Shown: positions 20,896-30,156 of the stretch, piece by piece | Numbering within the stretch: position 1 is the stretch's first letter | Layout of the letters: each line of letters starts with the position of its first letter | Origin: an uncultured Pelagibacteraceae bacterium | Lineage (GTDB): Bacteria; Pseudomonadota; Alphaproteobacteria; Pelagibacterales; Pelagibacteraceae | Length of the DNA stretch: 64,000 nt | Assembly: GCA_902600485.1 (NCBI GenBank) | Contig: CACKJD010000005.1 | Span: 15,905 to 79,904, forward strand | Direction of reading: 5' to 3' | Position numbers and translations under genes: made by a program | Notes under the pieces: model-generated | What the model was told of the DNA's origin: nothing | Database searches by the model: none | What the model saw: the letters and a program-made list of their open reading frames with translations, nothing else

Positions 20896-21825
20896 TTATA
20901 TTCTCGCACCTATTTGTTGAATAACTTTAGAGGACATTTCAGTGCCTTTTTCCAAGCATTCTTTTTGAGATAGACCGTTTACGTGACCATGTAAAAATCC
21001 TGCGGCGAATAAATCTCCAGCACCAGTCAAATCAATTATTTTGAGATTTTTTTGAATACCACATTCTGTAACTTCATCACCATTAATTGAGATTGCACCT
21101 TTTTCACCCCTAGTGATAACCAATAATTTTTTAAGACCTTTTCCAAAATTAATTACCTCATCAAAGTTTTTAGCATCAATTAAAGACATAATTTCTTGTT
21201 CATTAGCAAATGTTATATCTAATTTATTTTTAACTAAATTTAAAAAATGAGGCTTATGTCTATCAACACAAAATTGATCTGATAAAGACATTGCAACTTT
21301 ATTTGCATTAGTTATTGCTTTATCAAAAGCTTTTTTAGGATCTCCTTCATCCCACAGGTATCCTTCCAATAGAATAAGTTCACTTTGTTTTACGGCATTT
21401 GTATCAACATCATTTTCATTTATTTTTCCCGCTGTTCCAAGAAAAGTACACATTGTTCTCTCAGAGTCTGGTGTTACTAAAATTAAACAAGTACCAGTCG
21501 GTAAAGTTTCTTTTTTTTTAGAATAAATATATTGAACATTTTCTTTTCTAAGTCCTTCTTCATACTTTCCGCCTAATTCATCATCACTCACTTTACCTAT
21601 AAAACCAACTTTATTTTTGAGCTGTGAAATACCAACTATAGAATTTGCCACAGATCCGCCTGACACAGTTTTTTCAATTTTTAAGTTAGATAATAGTTGC
21701 TTAAATTCTTTTTCCTCAAAAATGAGCTTCATTGCACTTTTAGTAAGACCATTTTTTTGAATAAAATCATCTTCAACTTTACAAATTACATCTACAATTG
21801 CGTTGCCTATGCCTAATATTTTCAT
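20896..21825 (-). CDS. PfkB-family (adenosine kinase-like) carbohydrate kinase
   Basis: Start reassigned to MKILGIGNAIVDV; GGSVANS, DLTGAGDLFAAGFL. Confidence 0.9.
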   Translation of the reverse strand: MKILGIGNAIVDVICKVEDDFIQKNGLTKSAMKLIFEEKEFKQLLSNLKIEKTVSGGSVANSIVGISQLKNKVGFIGKVSDDELGGKYEEGLRKENVQYIYSKKKETLPTGTCLILVTPDSERTMCTFLGTAGKINENDVDTNAVKQSELILLEGYLWDEGDPKKAFDKAITNANKVAMSLSDQFCVDRHKPHFLNLVKNKLDITFANEQEIMSLIDAKNFDEVINFGKGLKKLLVITRGEKGAISINGDEVTECGIQKNLKIIDLTGAGDLFAAGFLHGHVNGLSQKECLEKGTEMSSKVIQQIGARI

Positions 21826-21826
21826 G

Positions 21827-22495
21827 CTAAGCCTTTTTAGTTTTAATTGGTTTTTTTCTATCAGGATAACAACTCGTACAAATTTTACAAGAAATACCGT
21901 AACAATCACGAGCTTTACAATATTCTCGACCATAAAAAATAATCTGCAAATGAAGTTTGTTCCAATATTTTTTTGGAAATAGACTTTTTAAATCTTCTTC
22001 GGTTTGAACAACATTCTTGCCATTAGTTAAACCCCACCTTTGAGCAAGCCGGTGAATATGAGTGTCTACTGGGAAAGCGGGATGACCAAAACCTTGAGAC
22101 ATGACCACACTTGCAGTTTTGTGACCTACTCCAGGAAGTTCTTCTAATTGTTCAAAGGTGCTTGGAACTTTACTATTATATTTTTCTACTAACGTTTTAG
22201 ACAAGTAATAAATACTTTTTGCTTTTATTCTAAATATTCCTATTCTTCTAATTAACCTTTCAATTTTTTTTCTTCCAAGTTTTACGAAATGAATAGGCTT
22301 ATAATATTTTGGATAAATATCTTTTGTCACATTATTTACATTTACATCTGTACATTGTGCAGACAAAAGAACTGAAATTAATAAAGTAAACACATTTCTA
22401 CTTTCAAGAGGGACATTGATGTGTGGATAAGTCTTATTAAGTATTTTTAATACTATTTTAGCTCTTTCGATTTTATCAGCATTTTTTGAACTCAT
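21827..22495 (-). CDS. nth: Endonuclease III
   Basis: LLSAQCTD, LPGVGHKTA (HhH), VDTHIHR, C-terminal Cys cluster. Confidence 0.95.
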   Translation of the reverse strand: MSSKNADKIERAKIVLKILNKTYPHINVPLESRNVFTLLISVLLSAQCTDVNVNNVTKDIYPKYYKPIHFVKLGRKKIERLIRRIGIFRIKAKSIYYLSKTLVEKYNSKVPSTFEQLEELPGVGHKTASVVMSQGFGHPAFPVDTHIHRLAQRWGLTNGKNVVQTEEDLKSLFPKKYWNKLHLQIIFYGREYCKARDCYGISCKICTSCYPDRKKPIKTKKA

Positions 22496-23265
22496 TTAAA
22501 GTTCAATACATCTCGCATTGAATAAAGGCCTGGTTTCTTCTTCATCAACCACTTTGCTGCGGTTAAAGCACCTTCAGAGTACAAGGCTCTATCAAACGCT
22601 TCATGATTTAAAGTTATAATTTCTTTGCCGCTAGAAAATTTTACCTCATGTTCACCAACTACTTCACCTTTTCTCATCGAATTAAAATTTATTTTTTTTC
22701 CGTAAGGAAAAGATTTTTTATTTAGATATTTTTTTCCAATCAATCTATTTAGATCTTTATTCTTCCCTATAGCTATTCCTTTTCCAAGCATTAAAGCTGT
22801 GCCAGACGGGTGATCTTTTTTATGTTTATGATGAATTTCAAAAACTTTACTCAAAAAATTGCTTCCAAGAGATTTGGAGGTAATTTCTGTTAAATACATT
22901 AATAAATTAATACCTAAGCTCATGTTTCCAGCTTTTAATATTGGAATTTTTTTAGAATATTTTTTTATTGTATTTTCCTGATTTTTAGTAAAACCAGTAG
23001 TACCTATAACAACCCTTTTTTTTAATTTTGAGGCAATTTTAAGGACTTCCAGAGTACATTTAGGTACTGTGAAATCTATAATGACATTAGTTTTTTTGAA
23101 AGAATTAACGTTATTAAATTCGGGTAAAACATTATTTATTTTTCTATTAATTTTAAAGTTTTCTGTGAGCGAAACTAACTTGAAGTTTTTATTTTTATTT
23201 GAAGATTTAATAAGCTGTTGTCCCATTCTTCCCATGCAGCCTGTTATAGTTAAATTTATTTTCAT
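22492..23265 (-). CDS. dapB: 4-hydroxy-tetrahydrodipicolinate reductase
   Basis: Start reassigned to MKINLTITGCMGRMG; IDFT, VIGTTG, EIHH.HKKD.PSGTA. Confidence 0.95.
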   Translation of the reverse strand: MKINLTITGCMGRMGQQLIKSSNKNKNFKLVSLTENFKINRKINNVLPEFNNVNSFKKTNVIIDFTVPKCTLEVLKIASKLKKRVVIGTTGFTKNQENTIKKYSKKIPILKAGNMSLGINLLMYLTEITSKSLGSNFLSKVFEIHHKHKKDHPSGTALMLGKGIAIGKNKDLNRLIGKKYLNKKSFPYGKKINFNSMRKGEVVGEHEVKFSSGKEIITLNHEAFDRALYSEGALTAAKWLMKKKPGLYSMRDVLNFK

Positions 23266-23278
23266 ATAAAGATTTTGT

Positions 23279-23293
23279 TGATAATGATTATCA
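23279..23293. promoter_or_regulatory. Classical Fur box 1
   Basis: Perfect 7-1-7 TGATAAT-G-ATTATCA; 16/19 to GATAATGATAATCATTATC on the minus strand (23280-23298). Confidence 0.7.
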
Positions 23294-23339
23294 TTCATAA
23301 AGATTTTTTTAAAGAGATGTTTTTAATTGGTTTTTTTGT

Positions 23340-23358
23340 GATAATGATAATCAATATT
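23340..23358. promoter_or_regulatory. Classical Fur box 2
   Basis: GATAATGATAATCAATATT, 17/19 to the classical consensus. Confidence 0.7.
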
Positions 23359-23404
23359 ATACGTTATTTCTTGAATAATTTTTTTTATTTCTTATCTTCA
23401 ATTT

Positions 23405-23584
23405 ATGCAAACCCAAAAATTTAGTTGTAAAAAATGTGGATTAACGATTTCATCAGTATGTTCTAAATGCGATAGAGTTGTTGATGTAAAATTGCTTGAT
23501 AGCGGATGTTTAGTTCAAGTAACTAAATGTGGCGACTGTTCAAGTGTTCCAGTTATTAAAGATATCTGCACAGAAAATAATTAA
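23405..23584 (+). CDS. Cys-rich small protein, 59 aa, three CxxC motifs (not in ORF track)
   Basis: Hand translation MQTQKFSCKKCGLTISSVCSKCDRVVDVKLLDSGCLVQVTKCGDCSSVPVIKDICTENN*. Confidence 0.75.
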   Translation: MQTQKFSCKKCGLTISSVCSKCDRVVDVKLLDSGCLVQVTKCGDCSSVPVIKDICTENN

Positions 23585-23591
23585 TTAATAT

Positions 23592-23759
23592 TTATAATAC
23601 AAAATATATAAATATTAATATTATAGCTATCACTATAATCCATATTGAGAAATTCTTAATTAATATCTTCAAGTTATAATTGGTTTGAATAAAACCGGGT
23701 AGTACCAATATTAGAACACCTATTAATGCTATTACCGGGACAATAACTTCAAGACTCAT
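23592..23759 (-). CDS. Small two-TM membrane protein, 55 aa (not in ORF track)
   Basis: Hand translation MSLEVIVPVIALIGVLILVLPGFIQTNYNLKILIKNFSIWIIVIAIILIFIYFVL*; starts 2 nt after the upstream stop. Confidence 0.7.
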   Translation of the reverse strand: MSLEVIVPVIALIGVLILVLPGFIQTNYNLKILIKNFSIWIIVIAIILIFIYFVL

Positions 23760-23761
23760 AA

Positions 23762-24595
23762 CTATTTTACCTTAATACTTTTATGAAATAAAAAAAAGTT
23801 TTGTGATCTATCCTGAAGTTTTTTTACAAAATTTTCAATATTAAAAATTCTTTTTAAATTTTCGTCGAAAAATAAATAATCTAAATCTTTTTTAATATAA
23901 TTTATCAAATTTTCTGGTGTGTATCCAAATTCCTTATATAAATAAGGAGCAAATTCAAAATATATGAAGGGTTTGTGTTTCATAATTGTTGTTTTACCAC
24001 TTTTTAATACATCTAGTTCATATCCATCTACATCAATTTTAATGAGGTCAATATTTTGAAGTTTTGAGCAAATTTGATCAAGTTTTTTTGTTTTTAATGA
24101 TGTTTTCTTTAAAATACCCAAATGAACCTTGTGTTTTTTACCACTATCTAAAAAATTCCATGATGAATGAACTTCCTTGGTTATTTTTTTTTTATTTGAA
24201 ATAAAAATATTTTGAAGGATAATTCTTTTTTTTAAATAAGGATTTAAATTTACATTTTTCTTTAGTTTAGAAAATGCATATACTGTTGGTTCAATAGAAA
24301 TTATTGTAGAATTTTTAAATGTTTTTGCTAATGGAAGGGATACAGAACCTATATTTGCACCAATATCAATTATTGTTTTTTTTTTGTTAATATTCATAAT
24401 TTTATCTATATTTAAAATAGAAGCCTCATTGCTTATACCAAGAAAAATTCCTAGGTCGATGCCTTCTCTAAGATTAATACAATAATTAATATTATTTCTT
24501 TTTATTATCTTGCTTTTGTCTCCAAGAAAGAAAACCAAAAGATTACTTATTAATGATGCACACTTAATTTTCAATTTTGTTGATAAAGATATCAT
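23762..24595 (-). CDS. FkbM-family SAM-dependent methyltransferase
   Basis: IIDIGANIG, IEP, IKIDVDGYELDVL. Confidence 0.88.
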   Translation of the reverse strand: MISLSTKLKIKCASLISNLLVFFLGDKSKIIKRNNINYCINLREGIDLGIFLGISNEASILNIDKIMNINKKKTIIDIGANIGSVSLPLAKTFKNSTIISIEPTVYAFSKLKKNVNLNPYLKKRIILQNIFISNKKKITKEVHSSWNFLDSGKKHKVHLGILKKTSLKTKKLDQICSKLQNIDLIKIDVDGYELDVLKSGKTTIMKHKPFIYFEFAPYLYKEFGYTPENLINYIKKDLDYLFFDENLKRIFNIENFVKKLQDRSQNFFLFHKSIKVK

Positions 24596-24624
24596 TTAAA
24601 AAAATAGTTTTTATTTTATTGGTT

Positions 24625-25749
24625 TCAGCTTTTCCAGAAATTTTTCGCCTTTTGAAAGAACTTTTTGATACTAGGGTTAGATTTTTCATTTTCAATTTCT
24701 CTGAATTTTTCAAGAAGTTCTTTTTGTTCTTTGTTTAGGTTAACTGGTACTTCGGTATTTACTTGAACATATAAATCTCCAATGCCACCTCCTCTCATTA
24801 AAGGCATTCCCTTACCTTTTAATCGAAATTGTTTACCACTTTGTGTACCAGATGGAATTTTAATTTTTGCTTTCCCACCATCTATTGTTGGTATTTCTAT
24901 AGAAGCCCCAAGTGCAGCATCAGCTATTGATATAGGACATTCAAAGAACAAATTTTCTTCGCTTCTTTTAAACAAATCATGAGAATAAACATTTATAAAA
25001 AGATATAAGTCACCGCTCGAAGCTCCTCTTGAGCCAGCCTCACCTTTTCCTGCCAATCTTATTCTTGTGCCATCATCCACACCTTTAGGGATAGTCACAG
25101 ATAATCTTTTTGTGGCTTGTTTTTTTCCTTGTCCACCACAATTACTGCAAGGATTAGTAATTTGTTCACCAGTTCCCGAACATTGGGGACATGTTTGCTG
25201 AACAGTAAAAAAACCCTGGCTAGATCTGACTTGACCATTACCACCACACATAGAGCATGACCCAATGTTTGTACCTGGTTTTGAACCACTTCCGTTACAT
25301 GTTTGACATTTTTCAGATGTTGAAAATTTTATATCTTGTTTTTTACCGCTATAAGCTTCCTCAAGTGACATTGATAAATCATATCTTAAATCTGATCCTC
25401 TAAAATTTGCTTTTCTAGACCTTCTACCACCTCCACCAAAATCTCCAAAAAAATCTTCAAATATATCCGAGAAGTGACTTGAGAAATCAAAATTACTAAA
25501 TCCACCTCTTCCACCACCACCATTTTCAAATGCAGCATGTCCAAAATTATCGTAATTTTGTTTTCGCTCTGCATTTGATAGAACGTGATAAGCCTCTGAT
25601 GCTTCCTTAAATTTTTCCTCAGAAGCCTTGTCTCCTTTATTTTTGTCTGGATGATGTTTAACAGCAAGTTTACGGTAGGCCGCTTTTATTTGATCTGCTG
25701 ATGCTGATTTGTTAACACCTAAGATTTCATAATAATCTCTTTTTGCCAT
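24625..25749 (-). CDS. dnaJ: Chaperone DnaJ
   Basis: J domain HPD, G/F region, four CxxCxGxG repeats. Confidence 0.98.
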   Translation of the reverse strand: MAKRDYYEILGVNKSASADQIKAAYRKLAVKHHPDKNKGDKASEEKFKEASEAYHVLSNAERKQNYDNFGHAAFENGGGGRGGFSNFDFSSHFSDIFEDFFGDFGGGGRRSRKANFRGSDLRYDLSMSLEEAYSGKKQDIKFSTSEKCQTCNGSGSKPGTNIGSCSMCGGNGQVRSSQGFFTVQQTCPQCSGTGEQITNPCSNCGGQGKKQATKRLSVTIPKGVDDGTRIRLAGKGEAGSRGASSGDLYLFINVYSHDLFKRSEENLFFECPISIADAALGASIEIPTIDGGKAKIKIPSGTQSGKQFRLKGKGMPLMRGGGIGDLYVQVNTEVPVNLNKEQKELLEKFREIENEKSNPSIKKFFQKAKNFWKS

Positions 25750-25777
25750 AACTACGAAGACAAATAGTTGTTAGCTC

Positions 25778-27700
25778 TTAGGCGCTTTTTTCTTTATTTT
25801 CGTCTTTTACTTCTTCAAAGTCTGCGTCAACAACATTGTCGTCTTTTTTTCCTTCTTCTTTTTTATCTTTCGAACCGTCATTCGGTTTAGCACTTTGTTG
25901 TGACTTATAGATAGCTTCACCTAACTTCATAGAAGCTTGCACCAAATCCTGCGTTTTCTTCTTAAGATCCTCAACATCGGTTCCTTTGAGTGAGTTTCTT
26001 AAATCTGAGCAAGCTGTTTCGATTGCTTTTTTATCTGCCTCAGAAACTTTACTTCCGTGCTCTTTTAAATTTTTCTCTGTAGAATGTAATAGAGTATCGG
26101 CTTGATTTCTTGCATCTACAGCCTCTCTTTTTTTCTTATCTGCATCTTTATTAGCTTCAGCTTCCTTTACCATTTTGTTAATTTCTTCCTCGCTCAAACC
26201 ACCTGAAGCTTGAATTTGAATTTTTTGCTCTTTTCCAGTTCCCTTATCTTTTGCTGATACATTAACTATTCCATTAGCATCAATGTCGAACGTTACTTCT
26301 ATTTGAGGAACTCCTCTTGGTGCTGGAGCAATACCAACTAGTTCAAAGTTTCCTAGAACTTTGTTATCGCTTGCCATTTCTCTTTCACCTTGAAGCACTC
26401 TAATTGAAACAGCCGGTTGATTATCTTCAGCTGTTGAGAATACCTGGCTCTTTTTAGTTGGAATAGTTGTGTTTTTATCAATTAACTTCGTTGACACTCC
26501 ACCTAGTGTCTCAATTCCAAGAGATAGAGGTGTAACATCTAACAATAAAACATCCTTTACATCTCCTTGCAATACTCCAGCTTGAATAGCTGCACCCATA
26601 GCAACAACCTCATCAGGGTTCACAGATTTATTTGGCTCTTTACCAAAAAAGTTTTTAACTTCTTCTATAATTTTAGGCATTCTAGTCATACCACCAACCA
26701 ACACTATCTCATCTATTTCACCCGCTGAAAGACCAGCATCTTTAAGAGCTGTTTCACATGGTGGCATAGTCCTTTTAATTAAATCTTCAACTAGGGCTTC
26801 TAGTTTAGCTCTGGTCATTTTTAAGTTTATGTGTTTCGGTCCAGTCTTATCTGCTGTAATAAAAGGAAGATTTATCTCCGTTTGTGCTGCTGATGAAAGT
26901 TCAATTTTTGCCTTTTCCGCAGCTTCTTTTAATCTTTGAAGCGCAAGTTTGTCAGATTTTAAGTCTATTCCACTATCTTTTTTAAACTCAGATAATAAAT
27001 ATTCAACAATCGTATTATCGAAATCTTCACCACCTAAAAAAGTATCACCATTAGTAGACTTAACTTCAAATACACCATCACCTAATTCAAGTATTGAAAC
27101 ATCAAATGTTCCGCCACCTAAATCATAAACCGCAATTTTCTTGTTAGTTTTCTTATCTAAACCATAAGCAAGTGATGCTGCGGTAGGCTCATTTATAATT
27201 CTTAAAACTTCTAAACCAGCGATTTTGCCAGCATCTTTAGTTGCTTGTCTTTGGGCATCGTTAAAGTAAGCTGGAACAGTTATAACTGCTTTTTTTACTT
27301 CTTGACCTAAATATTTTTCTGCTGTCTCTTTCATTTTTTGAAGAATAAAAGCTGAAATTTGAGATGGGGAATATTTATTTCCTTTAGCCTCAATCCATGC
27401 GTCACCTTTTTCTGAATTTACTATTTTAAAAGGAGAAGTTTCTATATCTTTTTTTACTGACGGATCATCAAAATTTCTTCCAATCAATCTTTTAACGGCA
27501 AATACTGTATTTTCAGGATTGGTTACAGCCTGTCTTTTTGCTGGTTGTCCAATTAGTTTTTCATCATTATCTGTAAAAGCAACAACCGAAGGTGTAGTCC
27601 TAGCACCTTCAGCATTTTCTAAAACTTTTGCTTGTGTGCCATCCATAATTGCTACGCAAGAGTTCGTTGTTCCTAAATCTATTCCAATTACTTTGCTCAT
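25778..27700 (-). CDS. dnaK: Chaperone DnaK
   Basis: [25 protein letters not shown]. Confidence 0.99.
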   Translation of the reverse strand: MSKVIGIDLGTTNSCVAIMDGTQAKVLENAEGARTTPSVVAFTDNDEKLIGQPAKRQAVTNPENTVFAVKRLIGRNFDDPSVKKDIETSPFKIVNSEKGDAWIEAKGNKYSPSQISAFILQKMKETAEKYLGQEVKKAVITVPAYFNDAQRQATKDAGKIAGLEVLRIINEPTAASLAYGLDKKTNKKIAVYDLGGGTFDVSILELGDGVFEVKSTNGDTFLGGEDFDNTIVEYLLSEFKKDSGIDLKSDKLALQRLKEAAEKAKIELSSAAQTEINLPFITADKTGPKHINLKMTRAKLEALVEDLIKRTMPPCETALKDAGLSAGEIDEIVLVGGMTRMPKIIEEVKNFFGKEPNKSVNPDEVVAMGAAIQAGVLQGDVKDVLLLDVTPLSLGIETLGGVSTKLIDKNTTIPTKKSQVFSTAEDNQPAVSIRVLQGEREMASDNKVLGNFELVGIAPAPRGVPQIEVTFDIDANGIVNVSAKDKGTGKEQKIQIQASGGLSEEEINKMVKEAEANKDADKKKREAVDARNQADTLLHSTEKNLKEHGSKVSEADKKAIETACSDLRNSLKGTDVEDLKKKTQDLVQASMKLGEAIYKSQQSAKPNDGSKDKKEEGKKDDNVVDADFEEVKDENKEKSA

Positions 27701-27720
27701 ATTCTTAAATAATAATGGTC

Positions 27721-27748
27721 ATATAGGTGTTAATTCCTAATCTACAAG
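27721..27748 (-). promoter_or_regulatory. RpoH-type promoter of dnaK
   Basis: Minus strand CTTGTA-N15-CCTATAT. Confidence 0.8.
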
Positions 27749-27760
27749 TTATAACTAATA

Positions 27761-28351
27761 TTAATTTTTCTCCTTTTTTTGTTGTTTTTCCTCATTTTTT
27801 TGAGGTTTTTTTGAGACCCCAACTAATGAAGGTCTTAGTAATCTTCCTTTTAACGTAAATCCTTTTTGAATTTCTTGAACAACTATACCTTGTTCTTTTT
27901 CTGCATCTTCAATTTCAAGCATGGCCTGATGTTTGTTTGGATCCAATTTTTCACCAAGGGCAGAGATTTCGTCGATCTGATTTTTTTTAAAAATTGATAA
28001 GATATCCTTATAAATAACATCAAGATGCTCAATTATTTTATCTTTATTACTTTTTTCAAGACTTTCATCACTAATAATAGATAATTTAGATCTCTCCAAG
28101 TTGTCTGTGAGATTTAAACATTCTTTCGCAAGTGCCATACCTCCATATTCATAAGCCTCTTCTTTTTCTTTTTCATATCTTCTTCTTTGGTTTTCTAATT
28201 CGGCATAGCTTCTAGTTAACTTATCCTCTATCTCTTTTAATTTCTCTTCTATAGTCAACTCCTCCTTTTGCTCACTTTTGGAGTTTTTTTCGTCATTTAC
28301 TATTTCTTCTTTATTTTCTACCTTTGAGGCATTTTCGTTTTCTTTTTCCAT
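27761..28351 (-). CDS. grpE: Nucleotide exchange factor GrpE
   Basis: RSYAELENQRRR, DNLER, LDPNKHQAM, GFTLKGRLLRP..V.V. Confidence 0.95.
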   Translation of the reverse strand: MEKENENASKVENKEEIVNDEKNSKSEQKEELTIEEKLKEIEDKLTRSYAELENQRRRYEKEKEEAYEYGGMALAKECLNLTDNLERSKLSIISDESLEKSNKDKIIEHLDVIYKDILSIFKKNQIDEISALGEKLDPNKHQAMLEIEDAEKEQGIVVQEIQKGFTLKGRLLRPSLVGVSKKPQKNEEKQQKKEKN

Positions 28352-28359
28352 AGTTATTT

Positions 28360-28387
28360 ATATGGTATGTAAAATGGATATTTCCAG
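28360..28387 (-). promoter_or_regulatory. RpoH-type promoter of grpE
   Basis: Minus strand CTGGAA-N16-CCATAT, ending 8 nt before the ATG. Confidence 0.6.
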
Positions 28388-28990
28388 ATGAGACCCAAAA
28401 AAATTTCAAAACTACTAATTGGCACCAATAACAAAGGTAAATTAAAAGAAATTAAAGCTTTATTGCCAAAAAACATTAAGATTTTTTCAACATCTGACTT
28501 TAATTTAAAAAGCCCTAAGGAAAATGGCAAAACCTTCAAAGAAAATTCTTTTATAAAAGCCAAGTTTTTTTCAAAAAAAAGTGATCAAATTTGTATCTCA
28601 GACGACTCTGGATTAGAAATTAAAATTTTAAATAATCAACCTGGTATTTACTCAGCTCGATGGGGTGGAAAAAATAATGATTTTGATCTAGCAATTAAAA
28701 AAGTATTTAAAAAATTAGATAAAAGAATGCCCAGTTGGAGAAACAAAAAAATAAAAGCTAATTTTATCTGTGCCTTAACGATTTATTGGCCAAGTGGAAA
28801 ATATAAAACAACAATTGGGAAAATTGATGGTAGAATATCAAATATTAAGGTCGGCACAAAAGGATTTGGATATGATCCAATTTTTATTCCTTATGGATCA
28901 AAGAAAACATTTGGTCAAATTTCACCAAAAAAAAAATATAAAATTGATCACAGATATAAAGCTTTTCAAAAAATTAAAAAATTTTTATAA
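28388..28990 (+). CDS. rdgB: Non-canonical purine NTP pyrophosphatase RdgB/HAM1
   Basis: TNNKGKLKE, SDDSGL, PGIYSARW, GFGYDPIF, HR. Confidence 0.93.
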   Translation: MRPKKISKLLIGTNNKGKLKEIKALLPKNIKIFSTSDFNLKSPKENGKTFKENSFIKAKFFSKKSDQICISDDSGLEIKILNNQPGIYSARWGGKNNDFDLAIKKVFKKLDKRMPSWRNKKIKANFICALTIYWPSGKYKTTIGKIDGRISNIKVGTKGFGYDPIFIPYGSKKTFGQISPKKKYKIDHRYKAFQKIKKFL

Positions 28991-30125
28991 ACTTACCATT
29001 CTCAACTTTGTAGAAGTTGAGGATATGACTGATTTTTTTGTCTTTGATCTCAAAAATACCAGTTTTACCTTTAAATATATTTTTTTGATCAAAAATTTTA
29101 TTTGTATTTTCTAAATTATTTTTTTTTGTCAAATAGTAAACTAGTCCTACTAAGTCATAACTTAAAAATGAAATTTGGTTTGGGTAACTATTAAATTTTT
29201 TAAAAAATAATTTAGAAAAAGTATCATAATTTTTTTTGTTAATTGATGGAAAATAAATATTTTGTGAACTATCTTCTTTAAGCAAACTCTCATCGAACCA
29301 CTGATTAAGAGTTATAAAATAAACCCTTTTTGTAGACACATCTGTGTAAATTAGCGATGTAATTACGCTTTTTAATGACTCATCAAAATCTGAAATTATA
29401 ACTGAGTCGAAACCTAATTTTCCTATTGTATCCTTTTTTTCAAGATTTTTTATTTTTTTTTCTTTATTTGGATCATCAGAGTTTTCTATCCTTTTAATTT
29501 CATCAAGCAGATTTTGTTTTCTAACTTCATACCTTGTGATTTTTTCAATTCTCTTTGTAATCTCTGTTGGTTCAGTTTTATAATAAAAAACTTTTTTTAA
29601 ATTAATTTTTGTTTGTGAAATCCCTTTTTTAATCTCCTCTTTGAAGTCAGATTCAGGAATAAGACAGATAGTTTTTTTAATATCATTGTCCTCAAGAAAT
29701 TTTTTAATTGTTGCTATCTGTGAAGTAGCATTCACCCCCGCGTATATCAAATTTTTTTGAGAGTTCTTATTCTTATTTGAAAAAGTTATAAAAATAGCAT
29801 CATCAAATTTTCCCAAATTTTTTGTATTTTTATCAAAAATAGGTCCAATAAATATTCTAACACCTTGATCGTATAGCTCTTGTGCCGCTTTAATATTATC
29901 TTCAGGATTATCAAAATTGTTTTTTGGAAAAACTTCTAATATTGGATCATCTATTTTATTAACTGCCAAATTTACAGCTCTTAATACTGACTTTCCTATA
30001 TTATAGTTTTGACCGTCCAAAGGCAACAACAAACCAATTTTAATCTTTTCTTCGATTGCAAAAAGCTTGCTAGTAAAAATAAAAGTTATGGATATAAAAA
30101 ATATTAAATTAAGTAATTTTTTCAT
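28974..30125 (-). CDS. LpoA/LppC-like periplasmic-binding-fold protein
   Basis: Signal peptide, KIGLLLPL.G, IGPIF, YDLVGL; divergent from rsmI. Confidence 0.65.
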   Translation of the reverse strand: MKKLLNLIFFISITFIFTSKLFAIEEKIKIGLLLPLDGQNYNIGKSVLRAVNLAVNKIDDPILEVFPKNNFDNPEDNIKAAQELYDQGVRIFIGPIFDKNTKNLGKFDDAIFITFSNKNKNSQKNLIYAGVNATSQIATIKKFLEDNDIKKTICLIPESDFKEEIKKGISQTKINLKKVFYYKTEPTEITKRIEKITRYEVRKQNLLDEIKRIENSDDPNKEKKIKNLEKKDTIGKLGFDSVIISDFDESLKSVITSLIYTDVSTKRVYFITLNQWFDESLLKEDSSQNIYFPSINKKNYDTFSKLFFKKFNSYPNQISFLSYDLVGLVYYLTKKNNLENTNKIFDQKNIFKGKTGIFEIKDKKISHILNFYKVENGKFIKIF

Positions 30126-30156
30126 ATTATATAATATATAATAAACCCTTAATTAA

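Noticed and set aside
21826-21933. 36-aa N-terminal extension of the PfkB kinase
   Set aside because: It overlaps the nth 3' end; the family-typical start is MKILGIGNA at 21825.
22422-22430. Perfect DnaA box TGTGGATAA
   Set aside because: Single copy inside nth, with no cluster or intergenic unwinding region; not oriC.
23266-23298. N-terminal extension MNDNHYQQNLY of DapB
   Set aside because: NDNHY is simply the translation of the Fur-box DNA; DapB homology begins at MKINLTITG (23265).
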